Of a DNA stretch of 64,000 bases, positions 18,965-30,746 are shown piece after piece. The notes beneath the pieces are model-generated. The model was not told the DNA's origin. It saw only the letters and a list, made by a program, of their open reading frames with translations, and did not search any database. Made by a program: the position numbers and the translations under genes. The first letter of the stretch is position 1. Each line of letters opens with the position of its first letter. This DNA is from Balanoglossus misakiensis (lineage: Eukaryota > Animalia > Hemichordata), in the NCBI GenBank assembly GCA_040954595.2, contig CM082580.2, positions 7,914,390 through 7,978,389 on the forward strand, read 5' to 3'.

Positions 18965-19529
18965 GCCAATCTGTGCAAAGTCCCTTTCACCTCTCATCCA
19001 TATCCAGGTCAGGTCGTCTGCTGCATCGAGTAACGCATTATTTTGAGTACTAAACTTCAAGATATTGTAAGTTATAATCCCGTACAAGTTATCACCAAAT
19101 TCTACCATTTGTGTCACAAGAATTATTGATTTTATTTTGTAAATTATTAGGCTTTAAATTTATTAAAAGACAGTTTTAGTTTTATTAATGCAAACATCAC
19201 TTTTGCATGCTGAGTCTGACAATAACAAAACGTATTCAGTTACACATGCCACAGCCGACAGCTTCAAGGCACTTCTTTTGTTTACAGAACTACATGCACA
19301 GACTTGCGTACGGCGTGTGTCAACGTCCAGCATACTTCTTTCAATACTTATTTATTAAATCATAATACGCTTCTTCAATCGCTTTTGCAGATTTGTTGAG
19401 AATATTATAATTTATTGACGTCCCTTATACTTTATTGGTGAATGAATAACGTATGCACACTATAACAAGCGGACATAAAATTCTCATGCAGTATGTTTTG
19501 TCACCATCAAAGCAATTTTTGTGTTAAAA

Positions 19530-19830
19530 TTAAAGTTTGCACCACGCTTCTCTCCTAGTAACAAGTGCCATGGAGATTTCACTCAGTCGACTACAACCTG
19601 AAACAAAGGAGAACAGTATTGATCAGATCTAGTCTCTGTGTAACGGTCATAGGGCCTATCTGCCTCAAGTTCTCCCATGGGTGACGTCATTCTTTGAGAT
19701 GCAATATAAAGTCGAAGCATGTTTTGTTGATACATGTGATATGTGGAGACAAACACTGACCTGTTAAAGCCATGGCTCGGCTTAACTCATCCTTCAGAAT
19801 CATAAGAACTTCCTTCACCCCTTCTTCTCC
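19530..19830 (-). pseudogene. Orphan last two exons of a hydroxyacid oxidase/glycolate oxidase (HAO-like) gene
   Basis: Exon 19830-19761 (70 nt, cag|...|gtcagt) encodes GEEGVKEVLMILKDELSRAMALTG. Exon 19597-19530 encodes CSRLSEISMALVTRREAWCKL*, ending in PTS1-like CKL. This resembles the HAO1 C-terminus ([25 protein letters not shown]...SKI). No upstream HAO exons were recognised in the window. Confidence 0.7.
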
Positions 19831-21042
19831 CTGGAAAATTAAAATTGGTGAGTGAGAGCCAGAGAGTGAGTGGGTATAGGTAGGTAGGTAGGGTTGGTAG
19901 GAAGGTGGATGGATGGATGGTGTATGTGTGGGTTGGTTGGTGGGTGGGTGGGTGAGTGAGTGAGTATGTGAGTGATGAGAAAAGGTGTTGTGACAGAGAT
20001 GCATGGGGTAAAAAGGCTCGTCCGTGTGTTCTTCAGATGCAGCGCACGTGGAGCGACCAGTCCCTCCACTCCCCTCCACTAGACTGGAGGTACGGCGCCC
20101 TCTAGTGACTTGTCTGACCTTCTCGAACCTTGATTGATAGGTTATGTGAAGGCAACTTTGAAAGTGTTATGTATAAAAAATGAATTGTAGGTACATCAAT
20201 GGGTTTGCCACTTTAGCCATTTTATTGTTATTTGTATGGTTTAAAAAACAAACATCGATTACATATTGTGTTTTATGAAGAATCAGTACAGAACTTGTGC
20301 TAAAACTTTTTTTTTATATTGTTTGATATGAATTATCTAACATTCTCTCCTTTTGCTCAAGGCAACTTTAGAATATCTCTTTTAAAATTGAAAGGTTTTG
20401 GCGAATTATCTTTGCTAAAAGTCTGTCCCCAAGTCATATACTACTTTAGAGCCACTTTCTCATTGTATGTACAGTCACTTCAATTAGCATAAAAATCTCA
20501 CGCTTTAATTTATGAATATACATTAAATATTTGCATAGAATCTTTTCATCAGAATATTTAAAACAAAGGTACAAAATTCACACAATTTTCCATCTGACTT
20601 GAGAGAAAATGTACAAACTCTAATCTGTGTAAATCCGGATTTTGATTGTGCCCTTAATTTGGTAAAAAATATTCAAAAATGACAAACACTCACCATTAAA
20701 AAAACATTATATTTATAACATAAACCAAAATTAATTGATGATGAAATAGCCAGTATCCAGTTCCTTAACACAATCTATATATATACATGTATATATAATT
20801 TATAGCATTGTTATTGTGCAGAAGATGAATTCAAGTTTGGACTAGAATTCATTTGTCAACAATAGCAATGGCTGTTACAATAAAGTCTACAAAAGCGCAG
20901 GACTGGGTATAATATTAGCAAGCTGTTTTCGAATAGGACAAGAAATGCATTTGGTACACTGAACAAATAAAGCCAAAAGTAACAACGAATGTCCCTTTAA
21001 GGTATATCCGGAATTACTGTGACAGTCTGGGTCTCTCCTGAT

Positions 21043-24000
21043 TCACTCAAAGTTTTCAATGTGTATCCCGAGTCCAAGCGGCTCATCCGGATATTCCTCC
21101 TTGACTGCCGCGTTCTGATAATCGTGATCCACGGGAAGACCTGCAGGAGGGGATCGCATGGCCTCCATCTCCATGCTGCTTATGTAGGTGTGCTTGATCG
21201 CGCCGGCCGCTTGCTGCTGCCGGTTCAGTTTCTGGTAGCCGTCCTCCTCCGCGGCCCGGTTCCTGGTGACCGGGTTCTCGTAGCCGGCTTCGCTTTCCGC
21301 CAGCTGGCTGCTCATGGGTAGGTAGTCGTCCTCCGTGTAATACGGCTTTCCGGCCTCACTGGGCGCCAGGTAATTGCTGTCGCGGTAGTCCGGGGGTACG
21401 CTGCGGAGCGGACCGGCTGGCCGCAGCTGCAGGGGTCCTGAGACGGGCAAGCCAGAAGGGCCGGGATCTGTGTCGCCGTCGCCCCGGAATTCGGCGTACG
21501 GTAGAATCGGTTCCGGATCCTCAATTTCTGAATACACGGAATTCGTCTCGCCTGTCTCGTCCTTCTTCTTCTCGGTCTTTTGCCACGGTAACAAATCGTC
21601 AGCCCAGTTGGCTTGCAGCTGCGGCGGTCCGAGGAGGGCTGCAGGCGCCTGTTTCCGTCTCACGACACGGACGCAAACTGCAACGGTGATAACTGCTACA
21701 ACTGCCACCACAACACTGCATATGATTATCACCAATATTGTGGTTGTTAGTCCGGAATTCTTCTTGGCTGCACACAGAACAGAAATGATTTATTATTCAT
21801 ATTAATTATAAATCAGCTTTCAAACCGACCATTACATCTGAGAAAATCAAATTAAATTTATATTAGCCCCATGCAATAACTATAGCCACTTTGCAATATT
21901 TTCTCGATTATACTTTCAAACTTATTTGATTTGCCCATTTAAACAAGCTTATACTTCTGTGTATATACAGACATATTATCAATCTCAGCCAAAATAGCTT
22001 TAACTCGTTGAAGTCAGTTTGATTTGTAACATACCCTAAGGTACCAGTATGACATATAGGACCCGATTGAAATGGTTAATATGTTGCACAGTAACTCTTC
22101 ATATAAATATATCCACGCTATATATTCCAAATCTCATCCATTCACACTACCCTGTATTTTCCCCCCATAAATTCAAACAACGCAAGGTACTGCCTGTCGT
22201 ACGTACCCTCGCAATCTGCCCTACTGGTTGAGCCAGCATTTGACACTGGAGTTTCAGGAGGACAAAGGATACAAGCTACTGCCCCAGTGTCTGGCTGATA
22301 GGAACCTGCGTCGCACTCACTACAGGGCTCAACCCCATCGTCTGACCAATGACCAGCTCTGCAGTCTGGACAATAAATAGGGTATTTCATATAAACACTT
22401 AGTTATAATAGTACAAGTCACTGTATCTGTGAAGGTGAAGTTTGTGTTAAGGTGTGACGATCAACAGTGTATTATCACAGTCAGTAAGAAATATCCATGC
22501 ATGTGTAACCCTATAGCTTTGCTCACGACTGCATTTTGTGACACTTTCTAACCAAGATGCAATCACCCTTTCACCACCATGGTTCAGTCCACACCCATTG
22601 TTTTCTACGCTAAGGTTGGACCTCTATATGAAGAACTGGGGTGAAAGGGTTAAAAGTCTGTTTCTTGCTGCAATTGTATGAAATTGAAAAGAAAAAATGT
22701 TCGAAAATACACAGTGATAGAGAAATAGACTCAAAAGTTTATGCGATACATTTCACAACTGTATGTATTAAAGTTCATTTATCAGAAATTGGCTTCAAAA
22801 TTAGCATTTAGAAAATTTACACCTTGTTTTGCATTACCTAGTTCAGTGAATGAGCTCTCTGTTGACACAGCGTAGGGCGGCAAAGATCCTCCGAGAATGG
22901 CCTGGTCAAAGAGTGCTTTCATGGCAGTTTCGTCTGGCATTTCATCGTCACTTGTCACATCAGCTTCGTGGGTCATAGTGTACTCCACGATGATGCTGTT
23001 TGCAGGCCTGTCAAAAGCAACACAACATTCCAGAACATTAATTCACACACATTTTCAGTAAAAAATACAGTGGGGTCAGAAAATCAAATCAAACACTTAC
23101 AGGATACCAGTTATGGTGACATTTATTCTACCAGCGATGTCATTGAAGATGTTACCAATAGCAGTCACAAATTCTGATGTAAAGGCTTCGTCGCTGATCA
23201 AGTACCTGCTCCACTCTCGGTTGGTTATCTTCAGACGACCACCATAATGGCGTTTTTCTGAAAGGATGTAACCATTTGTACATTTAGTATACATTTATTG
23301 ACTTTAGAACTCAATGTGTGCTAAACTTATAGCCTACAGGAGCTCTGCATGTACTGTCAACTTACGTGTGTAAGTGTCGCAGTGGTCTCCGAAATAAGAG
23401 AGCGCGTTGCTGCAGTCACAACGGTACTCAGTGCAAGACACGGGATGGCAGACGCCGCCGTTTTTGCACGGCTCGGCCAGGGCGTCACAGACATCGTCTA
23501 CAATCCTGGGCAGCGTCGCAGGTGCCGGGGTCGGGCAAAAGTAACCCTGGTCGTGGTTCTCGTCCCTGACGCACGTGCCGTCGTGGCTCTGGCACGCCGA
23601 GGTGGCGTGGCACGGGTTGATGGCGTCGCAGTTGACCACGTCGTACCCGCTGGGGCAGTTGCACTGGTACTTGTTGTCGAACGAGGAGGCCAGGTTGCAG
23701 GTGCCGTTGTTCAGGCAGGGGGACGGCTCTAGGTCGCACGGGTCGTACGCGGTCTGGCAGTGGTCGCCCTGGTACTGCTGGCCGCACGAGCAGGTGACCG
23801 TGGTCGCGTCGAAGACCTCGCAGATGCCGCCGTGGAGACACGGATTGGGCGAGCACGTCTGGCCCTCGACGACCGTCTCGCAGTTCCGCCCGACGAAGCC
23901 GCTGTCGCACGCGCACACGTAGCCGGCTTCTCTCGACTGGCACGTGCCGCTATTCTGACAGGGATTAACAGGCCGGCAGAAATCGGTGTCCACTTCGCAG

Positions 24001-27000
24001 TTTTTGCCCCGGTAACCAGAGGCACAGCTGCACAGGTAGTCGCCCACCTGATTGGTGCAGGTTCCGCCGTTCAGGCACGGGTTGCTCGGCCGACAGCAGT
24101 CGGCGACACTGTCGCAGTCGCCACCCAACCACCCGTCCAGACAGTCGCAGCGAGGATCCCCGTATCGTACGTTGGCACACTTTCGGTTGTCAGGGCAGGT
24201 ACTGGCATCTTGGCACTCGTCAATGTCTGAAAATTGAACAAAGAAGATGTGCTTAAAGTAACAAGACTCATATGAACTGGGGAGTTTGTATTGCAGATTG
24301 ACACTCAGTGTTACTTTGACATGTGGCACTGTACTGCTGACACTTTGACTCTGACTGTTCCTTTACCCCTTTCACCCCTGTTTCCATCTGTGCAGGTCCC
24401 ACTTTACCATAGAAAACAATGGATCTGGATCATACCACGTTAGTGATAGGGTTGATAAATGAACTGATTCGCATTGTATAAATTGACAATAAAGAAGTCT
24501 GCAGGAGAATCTGATGAACTAATTTTTTGACCTAGAATTTTTGGCATATCTGAACTAATTGTTGCACATTCACTGCCGATGACAATAATTGTCATACAAT
24601 TAATAGTTTTCCTTTTAAAAGATAAGGATTTACCATTAAATATCCTACATATACGTTTTTGCCTGATTTACTTCACAGATGAATTTCAATTTGACTATTT
24701 CCCTGTCTGATATGATAATTATTACCTCCACACCAGGACTCTTCCCTGACCATGCTTTCCTTCTTCTGGTCTGAAAGCGACTGCAGAAAATCTGGCCACG
24801 CGAAAAGTAGCGTACTCTCACTGCCGTAACTCAGGGAACACCGCGTCTGCAACGGAGTAGAAGTGGCCGCCAACTTCCCAACGTTGCCGGCACTCAGAAC
24901 GCTTTTGTACATGTGGAGACGACTCATCTCACCAATGAAGGCTCTGCCTTGGAAGAATATGCCACTGGTGGCGCTCTTGTACTGACCTGCAAGTGTACAA
25001 TTGTACCGTACGCGCTGGAATGTCAGATTATATTTTGATAGACATCCACACTTTGTGGCATTGGTGAAGTAAAATTGTAATGTGTCAGAAAAATGATAAT
25101 CAAGTATAGACAGTTTGTTGAAAGGAGTCCCTTTTTTTCATGTATTGAGCTCTAAGATATGGAATTTGATCAATATCGTGGATCCACGGTCTAGAACAGA
25201 ACAGTTCTTCAGTGCAAGTTTTAAATCTAGTACTCTTCTAGTATTACGCGTGTTTGGCCCAAAACTGTCAAGAAAGAGCTGTCGATACATGATGACGCCT
25301 GGCAAGGTTGTCCAATGGATATTTCCTTTGCCATTAATCACTTTTTTCCACACATGAAAGGCAGAACACATGGATTAATATGTAAATTCTGTGAACCTGG
25401 ATGCACCAGACCCCTATATACAGAAAGTTGGACACCTGATAAACAGTACAGACTTACCCGCTGTGACTGTTCCCCCACTCCTAATTATCACCCCTTGTTG
25501 GAAACCAGAATCGGATGCCTCCAGAGCGCCGTCTTTGAAAAGCTGCCAGTTGCCTGTCGTGCTCGTCCACGTCACGCAAATGTGGTGCCAAAGGCCGTCG
25601 TTCACGGAAACTGTTGTCGACACACTCCGGCCAGCAACTACAAGCTGTGAGAAAACATATTTTAACTTTAGGGGAAAACAACAAAAGACTTTTGCTTTTT
25701 TCAAAACAATATGAGAAAGGCTGACTAGTACATTGAATTTTCAATGTAAGATTTCTGTATCATTACTTCTAAATCAACTACAGTATCAAAATAAAAATAT
25801 ATAAATTCTTTCCCAATCATCACTACTGATCGCGTATTCACTTTGTACCAAAGGTGTTGAAATATCTGAAGCACTTCATGATGCAGACTTTCTGAGATGA
25901 GAATACTTATAATTGACCACTATGTTGTATAGGACCAGGTTGTTATGTGAGGACCATTAAAATACTGAACATTTACACATTTCATGGACAATAATTAGAG
26001 GGTAGCTAGTAAGCTCACCTTCAGATTTGCACAATCATACCAAGCGATTTCCACGTCACTTTGGCCAGAAACAGTGTAAGTCAGTATTGTTCCAAGGTTG
26101 TTCACATCTTGTGTTTTGATCCATACACTGATTGAAAACGATGCCATGTTGGGTATGTTATCCATTTCAACAAACTCAGATACATCACCAGTGAACACCA
26201 TGTCAAAGTCCAATGACAGGCCTGTCACAAAAAGTTGCAAATATTATTTTTCAGACAAATGATTCGTGTACATACAATATATATAGTAGCTTGTATATTT
26301 TACATTGGGTCAGATCTACTCTCCTAACTTTATGCTTGAATTTCAATGAATACTTACGTTGTAAGCAGTTCAACCCGGTATATGAGGGTTTACACTGACA
26401 TCTATACATGGCGACTTCCTCATGACAAGCCACTGAATTCTGACAGGGATTGCTAAGGCACTCATCAATCTCATTATCACATGTAATCCCTGCAATATAA
26501 AAGAGGAATTGAGATAATGTTAAATACGGATGTAGAAAATGTTTTAGCTAATAAAACTGGTTGAAATGTACACCATTGACGTACGTCTCGTCAAAGATTA
26601 TTTTTTCCAACAGTATAGATTTCAAGAGCAGTTGCAAGGTCATGACATTCTACAATATTCCAGTACTGCATTTTTTTCCCCAGGATTTCACTCATTGTAG
26701 ACTTTTTATCAATGGTTGGCAATTCCAAAAACATGTGCAAAGGGGCGGAAATTGTCTGACAAACGCATTTTTTCAAGGTCATTATACCAGGTCATGAAGC
26801 TGTGAACAAAAAACTCACCTGTGTAACCAAGGGCACATTGGCAGGAGAACTTCCCCACTTCATCGACACATGTGGCGCCATTCTTGCAAGGATCTGACAC
26901 GCATTCATTGATTTCAATCTCACAAGCCCCGTCTGTCAGTTAAAGTGGGAGAAACAGACGTTAAGTGTCATTTAGCTCTGCAAAAGTTGACATATTAGTC

Positions 27001-30000
27001 AAAATGAAAAATCTAGAAGAGATTCCAATGACAAGAAAATTATTTAATTTACAGTTTGTGTATACACATCCTTAAAAAAAGTTTAAGATTTGTTTCCCAG
27101 ACAAGATTATAATTGTCCAAAATCTAACAAACCTGAATTTCTTTTTTTTGTCCAGTGTGAAAATACTAACCTACATATCCAGGATAGCAAAAACATGTAG
27201 TCCCAGTACACACACCATGAACACAGCTTTCACACAACTTTTTTATATCTTCACACTCGTCGCCATCGTAATCATCGGGACAGAAACAATAATTTCCACC
27301 ATCGTCAGAACGCGCACACAATCCTTCATTGTGACAGGTGTTCGTCGGACATGTACTTGATGCATCTGTGACAAAAACAAAAGGGTGGTTTTATCAATAA
27401 AATTATTGAGCTTTGAGTGAATGTTTAAATATTACCCTCAGACCTTTTATTTCTTTGTTGGTACCAAACGACCTGGCACCCTTAATACCAGGAAGTGAGT
27501 AGTACCCATATACATATAGTGGACTTCCCTTTTATGTCAATAAAAAGATAATTGCCCATGAAAAAATTCAATTGGATTTGTGTCAACAAACTTTTGGCTG
27601 AATTTCTGCTATAATGGCTTAGACATACAGTACCGGTATATGGAAAAAGCAATCCCTAAATGTACATCCATGACAAATCAAAGTACAGATACAAATTCAT
27701 GCACTAATGTGGCACAGTGCCTTTGATCATTTAGAATGACTGCAGACACATGCACATGCAGGTTTCAAAGAATGACTGACCACTGAGCGACTGACTCACT
27801 TATTCACTCGCTCACTACTCACTCACTGACTCACTTATACACTGCGGTGATATTCCACTCCATATTCCAGTACTGGTGCATGTCCTGGAAATTTCACCAA
27901 GCATGACGTAACCATCACCACAGTCCACTGTGAGTGTTGCTCTATCCCAAACTTTATACGGGCCAGGCTCTCTGGGGTATGTAACATTAGTGGCATCTCC
28001 TAGGTCTGTTATAGCTTCGCAAGTCACTTCTGTAATCCACAGAGAAAAGGACATTGTTCATTGTAAAATAGTGAAATCTGTGGTCAAATATATAAAAGCT
28101 GTATTTGTGAAGAGAAAAATCACAGTTCATTGGGGTTTGGGAGGGGCAATTATTTCCCCATTCATTACATGTTAGAGAAGTCTATAGAAGTCCAACTTTT
28201 CCATGGAAAACAATGGATGTGGACCAAACCATGGTGGTGAAAGGGTTAAGGGACTTATTTTCGACATTTTCTTTTTTTTAAATGAGACTGTATTCCAATC
28301 TTGTCACTGTTCATCTCAATTTAATACCTTCGCACACTGGCAGATCTCCATACCAATAGACAGTTCCGTTGTCGTGAAGCAGGCACACCATGGCTGGACC
28401 TGTGGTCAATCTGTGGTTCCCGTAACAACGAAAGTGACAGGAATCCCCAACTGTTCTCTTACATGTACCATTTCCAGTGTGGTCAGAAAAGTGGATCCCA
28501 TCCACATGGTAGCTCTCAGCATAGGGTACATACGGTAGAGGACTACAGGTTGCAACTATAAAGGGTACAAAATGTCAAAAATTAAAAAGTCACACATTTC
28601 GCAATTTTTCTTCAACCTATTTCAATTTTCATGTTCCTGTTCTTAGAGACACCTTGGAATTCAAACCAGCTCTATGAATGTTGACTAAATATTTGATAAA
28701 AACAGCCAAGGTTTATTTTGCATATTCTAAGCTTAGCTTGTCTGTGAGGGTCTCAGTGCTGCAGGTAATCATATTCATGTATCTAACTTGACAATTCCGA
28801 CTGTATTGTTTCCGTACCTGTACATCCTGATCCGGGAACTATTTCCGAGTAACCCGGCTGACACACACAATCACTCAGATCTGTGGCACCGACATCCCTC
28901 GTGGTCCTGAAAGAAGGACAACTGATGCACTTGCCTGGCTCTGGGTCATTCCTATAGGTCCCTAGGGGGCACGCTGAAATTTAAAAGAACAAAGATATGC
29001 ATTTTTATTATCTTGAAGTAGTGATCAAAGCCCGCAAACAGATTTGTCAATTAATGTACAAAATAATCTACAGTGTACATATTTTTGTACAGTGATATGC
29101 GAGGTAAAAATCACCAGAAAAGCTGTATGTGCATGGCTGGATTTGGCATTGTTAACATTTTAGTGTACGTAGACAACTACATGTACTTTGTGGATTTTCA
29201 ATGGGTATTTCAAAAATCCTCTTCCTATTGTGTGCGATTGCATTGTCACTGTCACTAATAGGTGTCTGACTGACGCCACACCCAATTTTATGTGATTGAA
29301 AATATTGCTATCCCTTCTTATAGTAAAGAGACTTAAGTTCCCTTTCATCACCATGGTTCAGTCCAAACCCTTTGTTTTCAATGGTAAGGTCGGACCTCTA
29401 AAGTGAAAACTGGGGATGAAAGGGTTAAAGGGACAAAGTCTCTTTTGATATTTTGGGGTGTTTTTTTTTAGTTTCATTTTATGTTAATTCTCTCTGAAAC
29501 ATGATACATGTAAATGACTTAATTAGTTTTTCCAATTCAACTTACACCTTTGTACATGGGTATAACACAAATATAATCTACATGTATGCTATAATTTTTG
29601 GTATAGACCAAAAATTAAATAATGGAACCTGTATTTCAGCAAAATAATTTTAATAACCAACTTTTCCTATTCTCACTACCGGTCATTTAAAAAAGATGCC
29701 GGCTGCTAGAAACTTTGGAATATTTTTAAGTCTGCAAAAAATTCTAGCCTCACCTTCACAAGATGCCCCGTTGCCATGGAAACCTGCATCGCAAACGCAA
29801 TGATATCTACCAGTGTCTAACCCACAGAGACAGACAGCATGGCTGCTACAAGTAGAAGGACACATGTCCATCTCTGCTTGCGTCCAATTTTTATCTTCTA
29901 CAGCTGTAGGGGGGTTGGAAGTAATTAAATTAAACCAATTTCACTTCTGTTTTAGTTCAGTCCCAGGCAAAGGAATTGTGTTGTGCCGATAATCTGATAT

Positions 30001-30715
30001 ATTTATGACCCGACCCTTATCAGCCAAGTGGAAAGAAACCTATACCCATCTCTGCTTGCGTCCAATTTTTATCTTCTACAGCTGTAGGGGGGTTGGAAGT
30101 AATTAAATTAAACCAATTTCACTTCTGTTTTAGTTCAGTCCCAGGCAAAGGAATTGTGTTGTGCCGATAATCTGATATATTTATGACCCGACCCTTATCA
30201 GCCAAGTGGAAAGAAACCTATACCCATCTCTGCTTACGTCCAATTTTTATCTTCTACAGCTGTAGGGGGGTTGGAAGTAATTAAATTAAACCAATTTCAC
30301 TTCTGTTTTAGTTCAGTCCCAGGCAAAGGAATTGTGTTGTGCCGATAATCTGATATATTTATGACCCGACCCTTATCAGCCAAGTGGAAAGAAACCTATA
30401 CCCACTCCATTTTTGAAATACAGCCTCAACAGAAACAATAATGCATATAATCACGGTGGGTGAAACCTCTCCTTAATAACACCAATGCCTTCAATAAATT
30501 GGAACGAAAAAAAAACAATTTCTGACTTACTTTGGAATTCACATAAGGAATATTTTGGCGCATTGCATCCTGTATCATCTAGCTTGTATCCAGTAGTGTC
30601 TCCAAGATACCTATAAAAAGTGGCATTACTGTTTGTATATCTTTCATGAGAAATGAAAGCCTGTTAAGTGACTATACAAACATGTGCATACATACATACA
30701 TACATACATACATAC

Positions 30716-30746
<31 letters not shown>

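Noticed and set aside
23349-24230. Multiple overlapping ORFs on both strands (also 3693-4199, 38063-38671, 60277-60850)
   Set aside because: Shadow ORFs of GC-rich coding exons; only one frame has coherent domains.
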